A stretch of DNA of 21,666 bases from Myxococcota bacterium. Its GTDB lineage: Bacteria; Myxococcota; JACRCW01. Position 1 is the stretch's first letter. Every line of letters begins with the position of its first letter. The stretch spans positions 1 through 21,666 of the forward strand of contig JBFMGU010000183.1 in the NCBI GenBank assembly GCA_040752415.1, written 5' to 3'. The notes under the pieces are model-generated. The model had not been told where the DNA came from. It saw nothing but the letters and a program-made list of their open reading frames with translations, and did no database searches. This document shows positions 1 to 10,191 of this stretch, in pieces. The position numbers and the translations under genes are program-made.

Positions 1-118
1 CAGAATGTAGACGCCACCTCAATTCTCCGCCTGTGCCCACGTCGAAGATCAACATGGCTGCACAGGTCCAGCCAAACATGCGGCGAATCGGCAGGGCGGA
101 CGTCACCTCCCTATGATG

Positions 119-191
119 CCTGCGAAATGCAGTTCGCTGCCAAGGGATGAGCAAGACGTAACCTCTCTTGTCGCCTGCCAATGTCATTGGC
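119..191 (-). repeat. Solo copy of the 73-bp dyad module also found in both arms of the MITE at 16301-16636
   Basis: The reverse complement reads GCCAATGAcATTGGC-aGGC-11 nt purine-rich-TTACGTCTTGCTC-23 nt-TCGCAGG. It aligns without gaps to 16477-16549(-) at 52/73 identities by manual count. Confidence 0.85.
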
Positions 192-383
192 GGGAGCGAA
201 GGGATTGCCAGGAGGTTCACGTCGCCATCGTCGTCGGGGAAGAGTCCCGCGCCGTTGTCAGCGCCGCTCCCATTCGTCCGCCAATCGCCGCGCAGCCGCT
301 GCGCGCGCGCGCAAGAAACGGCCGCACCTCGCGACGCAACACGCAAGGATTCGCGTCTTTCCGCCCGGGGAACACGGTGCGCA

Positions 384-400
384 TTGGCACCGATTCCGCA
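384..400 (+). promoter_or_regulatory. Candidate sigma-54 (-24/-12) promoter of the ATPase gene
   Basis: TTGGCACCGATTCCGCA has TGGCAC plus the exact GG-N10-GC spacing, ~30 nt before ATG 432. The -12 box is imperfect (CCGC instead of TTGC). Confidence 0.4.
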
Positions 401-431
401 TCCATCCCAAGTCGTTGGGAGCGGAGGCGGC

Positions 432-2264
432 ATGCGGCTCGGCGACTACCTGGTGTCCATGGGCTCGGTGAGTCGTGCCGTCGTCGAGGAAGCCGCGGCG
501 GCGTCCGCCAAGGCGGGCAAGCTCCTGGGTGAGACGCTGGTGGAGCGCAACATCGTGGATGAGCGCGACCTGTACCGCGCGCTGGCCACCAACCACGGCC
601 TCCGCTTCGCCGACGCCGACACGCTCTTTGGTGAGATGGACCCGCAGGTGGCGCGCGCGGTGCCCAAGGCGTTCCGCTCGCATGAACGGATCATTCCCAT
701 CGCGGTGAGCCATGGTCGCGTGGTGGCGGCCACCACCAATCCGCGCGCCGCGCACCCGGAGCTGGCGCAGGCGCTCGGGGCCACGGGCGTCGACTTCACG
801 CTGGTGACGCCCACGGACCTCAGGCGCCTGGCCACCGGCGTGGACCTCAACCAGCTCCCCCGACCCAGCGGCGCCAGCGGAGCATCCACCGACATCAAGG
901 ACATGATGCGCAATGAGCAGGACGTGTCCCCGGAGCTGGTGGCGCTGGTGGACTCCCTGCTGCTCGACGCCATTGCCCAGCGCGCCAGCGACATCCACCT
1001 GGAGATCTACGGGAGCCGCGTGCGCGTGCGCTTCCGCGTCGACGGAGACCTGGTGGACGCGGCGCGGTACCGCCTGACGCGCGAGCAGCTCGCGGGAGTG
1101 ATCAACGTCGTCAAGGTGACGGCGCGGCTGGACATCGCGGAGCGTCGTCTGCCCCAGGGAGGCCGCTGCACCGTGCGCGCGGGCGACCACGTCTTTGACC
1201 TGCGCGTGCAGACCCAACCCGCGCTGCACGGTGAGCACGTGGTCATCCGCCTGCTCCCCCATGACGCCAGGATCCCCGCGGTGGAGGACCTGGGCTTCCC
1301 GCACGACGTCGCCATCACCTACCGCCGGCTGCTGCAGACGCCCGCGGGCATGGTGCTGGTGGTGGGGCCCACGGGCTCGGGCAAGTCCACCACGCTGTAC
1401 GCGGGGCTGCAGCTGTTGGCGCAGGATGCGTCGCGGAAGGTGATCACGGTCGAGGATCCCATTGAGTACGCCATCGACGGCATCCAGCAGACGGAGGCGC
1501 GGCCGGACATCGGCTTTGCGTTCGCCCATGCCATGCGCGCTTTCGTGCGGGAGGACCCGGACGTGATCCTCGTCGGGGAAATCCGCGACGCGGAGACCGC
1601 GCTGGAAGCCATCCGCGCCTCGCAGACCGGCCACCTGGTGCTCTCCACGCTGCACTGCAATGACACCGTGGACGCCGTGCAGCGCCTCCGCGACCTGGGC
1701 ATGCACGCCAACTCCGTGGCCGCGGAGCTCCTGGCGGTGTTCGCGCAGCGCCTGGCCCGACGCATCTGCACCGAGTGCAAGGCGCCGCACACGCCGTCGG
1801 AGACGCTGGTGCGCGAGATCTTCCCCGGCGGGCAGATGCCGTTCCCATCCTTCAAGGGGAAGGGCTGCGCGCGCTGTCATGGAACGGGGGCGTACGGTCG
1901 CATTGCCGCGGTGGAGGTCCTGCTGGCCGGCCCCGACGTCAGGCGCGCCATCAGTCGACAACTTCCCCTGGATGACCTGCGGTCCGCGGCGCTGAATGCC
2001 GGACTGGTCCCCATGCGGGAGCACGCGCTCTCGTTGGTGCAGCAGGGCATCATTGCGCTGGAGGAGCTGCCCACCATGCTTCCCGCGGAGCGGTTGCGAC
2101 CGGGAGCCCCGGCGCCCCGTCGCACGACGTCGCGCGCACGCCGCGCCACGGACCGTGCCCCCAAGGACGCCGCGCCGTCACGCGCGCCCGCGCCGGCGCC
2201 CGTGCCCGCGGAAGAAGTGGGCTTGGAGCTCGAGGAGGCCGCCAATTCGCCCGGCGCTCTCTGA
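432..2264 (+). CDS. GspE/PilB-family secretion/pilus assembly ATPase with MshEN-like N-terminal domain (610 aa)
   Basis: Walker A GPTGSGKS, Asp box TVEDPIE, Walker B DPDVILVGEIRD, His box GHLVLSTLH, Zn tetracysteine CTEC...CARC, RASDIHLE and LDIAERRLPQGG. Start moved from 168 to ATG 432 (GGAGG at 423-427; begins MRLGDYL). Confidence 0.93.
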   Translation: MRLGDYLVSMGSVSRAVVEEAAAASAKAGKLLGETLVERNIVDERDLYRALATNHGLRFADADTLFGEMDPQVARAVPKAFRSHERIIPIAVSHGRVVAATTNPRAAHPELAQALGATGVDFTLVTPTDLRRLATGVDLNQLPRPSGASGASTDIKDMMRNEQDVSPELVALVDSLLLDAIAQRASDIHLEIYGSRVRVRFRVDGDLVDAARYRLTREQLAGVINVVKVTARLDIAERRLPQGGRCTVRAGDHVFDLRVQTQPALHGEHVVIRLLPHDARIPAVEDLGFPHDVAITYRRLLQTPAGMVLVVGPTGSGKSTTLYAGLQLLAQDASRKVITVEDPIEYAIDGIQQTEARPDIGFAFAHAMRAFVREDPDVILVGEIRDAETALEAIRASQTGHLVLSTLHCNDTVDAVQRLRDLGMHANSVAAELLAVFAQRLARRICTECKAPHTPSETLVREIFPGGQMPFPSFKGKGCARCHGTGAYGRIAAVEVLLAGPDVRRAISRQLPLDDLRSAALNAGLVPMREHALSLVQQGIIALEELPTMLPAERLRPGAPAPRRTTSRARRATDRAPKDAAPSRAPAPAPVPAEEVGLELEEAANSPGAL

Positions 2265-2343
2265 GCAACGCGAAGCTGGAAGGAGGATGGACGGATGCGC
2301 CAACGGCGGCGAGGAGAGGGCCGTCGTCGGACGAGGGAAGAGC

Positions 2344-2958
2344 CTACCTGGTCTCGCCCTGCGGCGCGGCGGGCTGTGCGCCACCGGCACCCGGCGCCAC
2401 GTTGCTGCCCGCGGCCGGGGGGCTGCCCGCCGCCGGCGACGCCGCACCACCGCCCTGCGCGGGAGGAGTCTGCGTGGGGCTGGCGCCCGCGGACGGGGCC
2501 GCCGACTTCGCCTCGCTGGTGGCCGCGCTCGTGGCCCCGCCGGGGAGCGGCTCATCCTCCGTCCCCGTGAACGGGTTGGTGATGTCGCGCGGGTGCTTGG
2601 CCTCAATACCCTCCGCCAGGCCACGACCCTCCGTGTCCGCCATGGTGAAGCCAATGAAGATGGCCAGGAACACCAGCGAGCTGACGAAGATGATGCCGTT
2701 GAACTTCTTGTCAAAGGCCAGGTGCATGAAGATCAGCGAGACCATCGCCGCCTTCATCGTCGCCACCGTCAGCGCAATCACCAGGTTGAAGATGCCGAAG
2801 TCCACGTAGCTGACCGCCACGGTGATGGCCGTGAAGACCAGCAGGGCCAGCCAGACCCCGATGTAGAAAGGAAGCGGCAGCACGTGCGGCACGTGGTCGG
2901 CGCCGCCGTGACCGTGTCCGTGCCCATGTCCTTCAGATGCGTGTGCGTGTGCAGACAT
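2344..2958 (-). CDS. coxD: Cytochrome c oxidase subunit IV (CtaF/CoxD-like) with His-rich N-terminus and low-complexity C-terminal tail
   Basis: Three hydrophobic helices with the KA..V...FMHL motif; last gene of the cox cluster. Confidence 0.88.
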   Translation of the reverse strand: MSAHAHASEGHGHGHGHGGADHVPHVLPLPFYIGVWLALLVFTAITVAVSYVDFGIFNLVIALTVATMKAAMVSLIFMHLAFDKKFNGIIFVSSLVFLAIFIGFTMADTEGRGLAEGIEAKHPRDITNPFTGTEDEPLPGGATSAATSEAKSAAPSAGASPTQTPPAQGGGAASPAAGSPPAAGSNVAPGAGGAQPAAPQGETR

Positions 2959-2973
2959 TGCCAGCCTCCCTCG

Positions 2974-3650
2974 TCAACCAACCAGGTACAGAAGCGGGAA
3001 CAGGTAGATCCAGACGAGGTCCACCAGGTGCCAGTACAGGCCCACGCACTCCACCGGCACGTAGTAGCGGCTGGAGAAGTGGCCCTTCATGTTCCGCAAC
3101 AGCACCCACCCGATCAACACCATGCCGCACACCACGTGGAAGCCGTGGATGCCGGTCATCATGAAGTAGATGCCAAAGAAGATCTTCTCGTCGGGATACT
3201 TCGCGCCGGCGTAGGTGAAGTAGCGGCCCGGCAACAGCCCGTCGTGGAACTTGTGGCTGTACTCAAAGTACTTGATGACGAGGAAGGCGCCCGCAAACAA
3301 GAGCGTGGCAATCAGGAACGCGGTGGCCTGCTTCTGGTTGTTGGTCTGGCAGGCGCGCACGCCCAACGCCATGGTGAGACTGCTGCAGATGAGCACCACG
3401 GTGTTGATGCCGCCCATCACCTTGTCCAGGTGGTGGTGCGCGGAGACGAAGGCCTCCAGGTGCCAGGAACGGAACACCGCGAAGGCGCAGAAGAGCCCGC
3501 CGAACAGCAGGATTTCCGTCACCAGGAACAGCCAGACGCCCAGCTTGGCGCTGTCGAACTGCTCGTCGGCGCTGTCAAAGTGGTGCGCCACATGGAACTG
3601 CGGAGAGAGCTTGCTGGTATCAGCCGCGTGCGCGGTGGAGTGCGAGGCGC

Positions 3651-3654
<4 letters not shown>
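2974..3654 (-). CDS. coxC: Cytochrome c oxidase subunit III (short form)
   Basis: [43 protein letters not shown]. The GTG start overlaps the coxA stop (GTGA). Confidence 0.96.
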
Positions 3655-5282
<1,628 letters not shown>

Positions 5283-5332
5283 CTCGCGACCTCTTTCTCA
5301 AACCATCAATCAAACAAGGAATCCGGTGCTGC

Positions 5333-6283
5333 TCACTTCTGGGCCTTGATGAACGCAATCAGGCCCGCCACGTCCTCATCCTTCAACTGCCCCTGGAACG
5401 TGGGCATCACCGGCGGGAATCCCTTCACCAGCTTGGCAGCGGGGGTGAGGATGGATTCACGCAGGTAGTTCTCATCCACCTTGGCGGTGGTTCCGTCGGC
5501 CAGGGTCTCCTCCTTGCCAAACAACCCCTTGAACGAGGGCCCTGCCCCGGGCGTCCCGTCCAGGCTGTGGCAGGCGTTGCAGCCCTTGCCGGTGTACAGG
5601 TTCTTGCCCAGCTCCTCGGGCGGCAGGCCCTTGGCCTTGGCGCTGGCCTCTTCACTGAGCCACTTCTCGAACTCCGCCGGCTCCAGCACCTTGACGTGCG
5701 CCAGCATGTCGCTGTGGCTCATCCCGCAGTACTCGGTGCAGAACAGCGTGGTCTCACCGGCCTCCGTGGCCTCGAACCACAGCGTGGTGTAGTTGCCCGG
5801 CACCAGGTCCGTCTTCACCCGGAACTCCGGGATGTAGAGGCTGTGGAGCACGTCGCGGCTGCTCATGATGAGGCGCACCGGCTTGCCCTTGGGCACCACC
5901 AGCATGTTGTCCTTCTCCACGCCGTTGGCGTAGGTGAACAACCAGCTCCAGCGCTGCGCCGTCACGTTGATTTCCATGGCGCCGGCGGGAGCCACCTGGG
6001 CGTGGATGAAGCCCTTGAAGCCCACCAGGAACAGGAGCACGCACAACACACTGGGAATCACCGTCCAGGTGATCTCAATGGGCAGGTTGTGGTCCACCGT
6101 GCTGGTGACGTCATTCTCCGAGCGCCGCTTGTACTTCATCACGAAGATGACCAGCGCCCCGATGATGCCCACGAAGAAGAAGATGGACAGCCACATGGCC
6201 ACGTTCCATCCGAAATCAATCTCCGGGGCGAGGGTGGAGCCTGACCGCGGCAACCAGAACCCATCCAGCTTGACCTCTTTCAT
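5333..6283 (-). CDS. coxB: Cytochrome c oxidase subunit II with CuA site and C-terminal cytochrome c domain (caa3-like; 316 aa)
   Basis: EITWTVIP, QRWSWLFTY, DVLHS, CTEYCGMSHSDM (CuA), CNACH and distal VMP. Start set to ATG 6283 (ATGA overlap with the sco stop). Confidence 0.97.
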   Translation of the reverse strand: MKEVKLDGFWLPRSGSTLAPEIDFGWNVAMWLSIFFFVGIIGALVIFVMKYKRRSENDVTSTVDHNLPIEITWTVIPSVLCVLLFLVGFKGFIHAQVAPAGAMEINVTAQRWSWLFTYANGVEKDNMLVVPKGKPVRLIMSSRDVLHSLYIPEFRVKTDLVPGNYTTLWFEATEAGETTLFCTEYCGMSHSDMLAHVKVLEPAEFEKWLSEEASAKAKGLPPEELGKNLYTGKGCNACHSLDGTPGAGPSFKGLFGKEETLADGTTAKVDENYLRESILTPAAKLVKGFPPVMPTFQGQLKDEDVAGLIAFIKAQK

Positions 6284-7107
6284 GTCAACCGCTCCGCTTG
6301 GGTGATGGGACGGGCCCCTTGTCTCTCCCGTCGCCACAACCACGCAAGGAATCCACCCAACACCAGCATGGTCAGCAGGCCACCAAGGCGCATCACCTGT
6401 GTTGCTGCAAGCACATAGGAGCGCGCTGCCGGGTCATAGTGGAAACAGAAAAGCAGCACCTTTTCCCAGGCGCCTCCCATTCTTCCCTCGGAGGCTTCCA
6501 CCAGGGACAGGCGCAGATCCCGCTCGGGGAACACCACACCGTAGAGGGTTCGCGACAACTTCCCCTGCGGCGTCACCACAAACGCACCCGCTGCGTGCGC
6601 GTACTGCTGGGTACCTTCATCCCAGCGGTAGCCAAACCCCACCGACTGGGCCAGCTTGCGCACGTTCTCCTCGGTCCCCACCAGGAAATCCCAACCGCGC
6701 GCCGGCACCTCGCGACCGTAGGCCTTCACGTAGTTGGCCCGCTTGTCGCGCGCCACGTCCACGCCGTCACGCGGGTCAATGCTGACGGTGAGCACGCGGT
6801 ACCGGTCTCCCGCGTTCCACGCCAGCTGCTTGATGCCGTCATTGAGTCCGTTGAGCACCAGCGTGCACAACATGGGGCAGGAGTAATAGGCCAGCACCAG
6901 CAGCACCGGACGCTCACCGTCCAGGTAGCTGCCCAGCGTCACGCTCTGCCCTTCCTGGTTGGAAAACACCAGGTCGCGCGGGAGCTCCGCGCCGGGACGC
7001 TCCTCAATGCCAATGCCCTTCAGCTCGGCGGGCATGGCATCCGCGGGGAGCGCGGGCGCGCCCGCAAGCGTGGCCGCCAGGGCCAGGAAGGCGCCTGCCA
7101 CCATCAC
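6280..7107 (-). CDS. Sco/SenC-family copper chaperone with C-terminal membrane anchor
   Basis: Signal peptide, YYSCPMLC (CxxxC), QYAH His ligand, LFCFHYDP before a TM helix. Start is GTG 7107 or ATG 7104. Confidence 0.93.
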   Translation of the reverse strand: MMVAGAFLALAATLAGAPALPADAMPAELKGIGIEERPGAELPRDLVFSNQEGQSVTLGSYLDGERPVLLVLAYYSCPMLCTLVLNGLNDGIKQLAWNAGDRYRVLTVSIDPRDGVDVARDKRANYVKAYGREVPARGWDFLVGTEENVRKLAQSVGFGYRWDEGTQQYAHAAGAFVVTPQGKLSRTLYGVVFPERDLRLSLVEASEGRMGGAWEKVLLFCFHYDPAARSYVLAATQVMRLGGLLTMLVLGGFLAWLWRRERQGARPITQAERLT

Positions 7108-7155
7108 CTCCGCCCTCTGGTCACCACGCGGTCCGCCACGTCGACAACTCCCGTG

Positions 7156-7782
7156 TCACTTCAGCGACTTGATCAACGCAATCACTGCGTCGACCTCTTC
7201 ATCCTTGAGCTGTCCTGCCATGGGCGGCATCACCGGTGCAAAGCCCTTCACCAGCTTGGCCGTGGGGTTCAGGATGCTCTCCTTGATGTACGCCTCGTCG
7301 ACCTTGACCTTGGTCCCGTCCGCCAGCTCCTCCTCCTTGCCAAACAGGCCCTTGAAGGTGGGCGCCACGCCGGGAGCGCCATCCAGCGTGTGACAGGCGT
7401 TGCAGGCCTTGGTGGACCAGATCTGCTTGCCCACCTCCTCGGGGGCCAGCTTCTTGCCGGGCTCCGGCGCGGGCGCGGCGGCCACCGTGGTGGGACGCGT
7501 CTTCCACTCCGCCAGCGTCAGCTCCATGGCGCGCTGCAGCGGGATGCGCACCACGCCCTTCTCCTTGTCCACCCACTGGTAGCCGTTCAGCTTGGCCTCC
7601 TCCTGTGCGCGCAATTGTTTCAGCTCCGGAGACTCGTACTGGTAGACCTTCGTCGAGAGCTCCTGTTGCACGTTGTAGGAGAAGAATTGCTGGACGCTGA
7701 TCACAATTCCCGTCACGCCCACCACCGCGGCGACGACCGAGCCCATGATCAGCAGGTTTGGAGGTGCGTCTCTCTCTGCCAT
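7156..7782 (-). CDS. ActG-like membrane-anchored protein fused to a monoheme class I cytochrome c domain
   Basis: N-terminal TM helix, then YQWVDKEKGVVRIPLQRAM (a motif I recall in small proteins encoded after actF), an Ala/Pro linker, and CNACH...VMP. The cytochrome c call is strong; the ActG identity is inferred from position and motif. Confidence 0.8.
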   Translation of the reverse strand: MAERDAPPNLLIMGSVVAAVVGVTGIVISVQQFFSYNVQQELSTKVYQYESPELKQLRAQEEAKLNGYQWVDKEKGVVRIPLQRAMELTLAEWKTRPTTVAAAPAPEPGKKLAPEEVGKQIWSTKACNACHTLDGAPGVAPTFKGLFGKEEELADGTKVKVDEAYIKESILNPTAKLVKGFAPVMPPMAGQLKDEEVDAVIALIKSLK

Positions 7783-7820
7783 GGCAGCTTCCTCAATGGT
7801 TCCAAGGGGCGCCTGGCGCC

Positions 7821-9029
7821 TCAGAGGTTCTCGTTCAGCTTGGTTTCCGTCAGGCGCGGGTCCTTGAGCGGATACACGGGGTCACGGGAGGCGCGGATGG
7901 CCAGCCACAACAGGAGGATGCCCGCGGGCCCCAGCAGCCCGGCCACGTCAATCCAGTGGAAGTGCGCGCCGTGCGGGTCCAGGTTGGGCATCACCAGCCA
8001 GTACAGGTCCACGTAGTGCATCAGCAGCATCCACACCGCGCCAATGCCCAGCAGCAGGCGGCTACGCTTGGCGGTGCGGGAGAGCAGCAACGCAAACGGG
8101 ATGACGAAGTGGCCCAACATGAGCAGGATGCTGATGCCGCGCCAGCCCTCCTCCCAGCGGTGCCGGAAGAAGATGGTCTCCTCCGGGATGTTCGCGTACC
8201 AGATGAGGAAGAACTGGCTGAAGGCGATGTAGGCCCAGAACACCGTGAAGCCGAAGAGCAGCTTGCCGATGTCATGCTGGTGCTCGACAGTGCTCACCGA
8301 CTTGAAGATGCCCGCGCGCTGCAGCGCAATGGTCATGAGCGCCAGAGCGCTGAGTGACGACGTGGCGCTGCCCGCGAAGATGTAGACGCCGAAGATGGTG
8401 CTGTACCAGTGCGGGTCCAGGCTCATCAGCCAGTCAAACGCGGCAAACGTCAGGGACAACGCGAACACCAGCACCGCGGGGGCGCTGAAGGCCTGCATGC
8501 GCAGCGTGTGCTCCGGGTTCCCGTTGTCATCCTGCGCGCGGCTCTGGGCGCGGAAGAACCAGGAAAGACCGAACCACGCCACCAGGAAGATGACCGCGCG
8601 CGTGTAGAAGAAGCCGGTGTTCAGGTACCCCGCCTTCTTGATCAGGATGGGGTCCTGCGCGGCCTCCGGGCTCATCCAGTGATGGAACAGGTCATGCGCG
8701 CCCAGGATGATGGGGATGAACAGGACGGCGGCCAGCTGCAGCACGCCCGCCAGCCACTCCATCTGACGACGTGCCGCCACGCTCCAGCCCGCGCGGACCA
8801 GGTGCTGGATGATGACGAAGAACAGGCCGCCCAGGCCCAGCGTCAGCACCCAGGCGAAACCGGTCAGGTAGCTGAAGTAGAAGCGCTTGGCGTCGGAGGC
8901 CAATGCGGCGCCGCACGCCAACACGCCAGCGGCGGCAATCACCGCGGCCATGGTCACCAGCTTGCCGGAGACCGACTTGTCCAGCCGCTCCACGTCGGCG
9001 CCGGTTGCGCCGTGTGCATGCGCGCTCAT
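7821..9029 (-). CDS. actF: Alternative complex III subunit ActF
   Basis: Polytopic membrane protein; FDWLMSLDPHWYSTIFG, FWAYIAFSQFFLIWYANIPEE. Confidence 0.95.
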   Translation of the reverse strand: MSAHAHGATGADVERLDKSVSGKLVTMAAVIAAAGVLACGAALASDAKRFYFSYLTGFAWVLTLGLGGLFFVIIQHLVRAGWSVAARRQMEWLAGVLQLAAVLFIPIILGAHDLFHHWMSPEAAQDPILIKKAGYLNTGFFYTRAVIFLVAWFGLSWFFRAQSRAQDDNGNPEHTLRMQAFSAPAVLVFALSLTFAAFDWLMSLDPHWYSTIFGVYIFAGSATSSLSALALMTIALQRAGIFKSVSTVEHQHDIGKLLFGFTVFWAYIAFSQFFLIWYANIPEETIFFRHRWEEGWRGISILLMLGHFVIPFALLLSRTAKRSRLLLGIGAVWMLLMHYVDLYWLVMPNLDPHGAHFHWIDVAGLLGPAGILLLWLAIRASRDPVYPLKDPRLTETKLNENL

Positions 9030-9637
9030 GGAGTACCTCCGGGCGCCTGGATGCTGCCCTGCATCTGCGCGGGAACGTCATTGATGGAAGCGTGCTGGCT
9101 GCGCCCCAGCACCCGCACCCACGTCACAATCGCCCAGCGGTCCGCTTCCGTGATCTGCGCGCCGTAGGCGGGCATGTTGCGGACGCCGTTGCTGATGACG
9201 TGGAAGATTTCTCCGTCGGGGAGGCCGCGGACGCGGTCGCCGGCCAGGTCCAGCGGGGGCGGGAAGCCGCGCTGCACCACCATGCCTTTGCCGCTGCCGG
9301 AGCGGTCATGGCACGGCGCGCAGAAGATGTTGAAACGCTCCTGCCCGCGACGCAGCGTGGCCTCGGTCACCTCGATGGGTGCCAGGGCCAGGAACGCGTC
9401 GCCCTGCTTGCCGCGGTAGAAGGCGTCATCCTCCTTCAGGTAGCCGCTGGCCACCGTGCCGGGAATCTGGGGACGCATGGCGCGCCCGTCGGCAAAGAAG
9501 GCGTTGGCCTCCTGGTCCTGGAAGCGGGGCTGGTAGTCCATGTCCGGAATGATGTGGACGGGCGGGGCGGAGCTGACCTGGCCGCGACAACCCACCGCCG
9601 CCGCCAGCAGCGCCAACGCGCAAAGGGTCTTCTTCAT
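9026..9637 (-). CDS. actE: Alternative complex III monoheme lipoprotein ActE (203 aa)
   Basis: Start ATG 9637 (ATGA overlap with actD); lipoprotein signal [40 protein letters not shown]. Confidence 0.94.
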   Translation of the reverse strand: MKKTLCALALLAAAVGCRGQVSSAPPVHIIPDMDYQPRFQDQEANAFFADGRAMRPQIPGTVASGYLKEDDAFYRGKQGDAFLALAPIEVTEATLRRGQERFNIFCAPCHDRSGSGKGMVVQRGFPPPLDLAGDRVRGLPDGEIFHVISNGVRNMPAYGAQITEADRWAIVTWVRVLGRSQHASINDVPAQMQGSIQAPGGTP

Positions 9638-10191
9638 GACGCCACCTCCTGCAGCTCCTGCGCGCCAGCTTCCTCCAGCATCTTGAGGGTCCTGGTGGCG
9701 TCGTACTTGGGGTCCTTCACTTCCACGCTGACGAAGAAGCAGTTGTCGGTGGCGCGGTGGAAGGACGGGTGCTGCATGACCGGGTGGAAGAACCGCGGCA
9801 GACCGTTGAGGCCCCACATGCCCAGGAAGCATCCAAAGGAGCTGAGGAGCACCGTCACCTCAAAGGCCACCGGGATGTACGCGGGCACGGCAAAGAAGGG
9901 CTTGCCGCTGATGTTCATGGGGTAGTCCACGCCCAGCGTCCACATCTGCAGCGCGAAGCCCACGCACAACCCGAACAGGCCCATGCAGAGCACAATCCAG
10001 GGCAGGCGCGAGGGCTTCAGTCCCATGGCGCGCTCCAGGCCGTGCACGGGGAACGGCGTGTGCGCGTCAAAGTGCTTGAACCCCGCGTCCCGCAGCTTCT
10101 CGCACGCGTGGTACAGCTCCGCAGGCGTCTTGAACCAGCCCACCAGCGCGAACGGACGCGTGGGCTTGGCGTTGGTCTCAGCCGTGTGCAT
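9634..10191 (-). CDS. actD: Alternative complex III subunit ActD (DUF3341 type; 185 aa)
   Basis: [29 protein letters not shown], two TM helices; ATG 10191 with GGAGG upstream. Confidence 0.94.
   Translation of the reverse strand: MHTAETNAKPTRPFALVGWFKTPAELYHACEKLRDAGFKHFDAHTPFPVHGLERAMGLKPSRLPWIVLCMGLFGLCVGFALQMWTLGVDYPMNISGKPFFAVPAYIPVAFEVTVLLSSFGCFLGMWGLNGLPRFFHPVMQHPSFHRATDNCFFVSVEVKDPKYDATRTLKMLEEAGAQELQEVAS

Noticed and set aside
1..116. Open frames at the window edge (plus ...RRIGRADVTSL-stop; minus MLIFDVGTGG...)
   Set aside because: Too short and truncated to choose between them; the DVGTG resemblance to a methyltransferase motif may be chance.
168..431. 88-aa N-terminal extension of the ATPase; likewise the ORF-track extensions of coxB, actE, actD, actB, actA, the kinase and the glycosyltransferase
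   Set aside because: Downstream ATGs have RBSs, ATGA coupling or domain starts. The extensions are low-information, and the ATPase one overlaps the repeat module.
2299..2332. Imperfect hairpin between the convergent ATPase and coxD stops (also GGGCG-AAAACC-CGCCC at 19891-19906)
   Set aside because: The stems are short or mismatched and lack U-tracts, so they are not supportable as intrinsic terminators.
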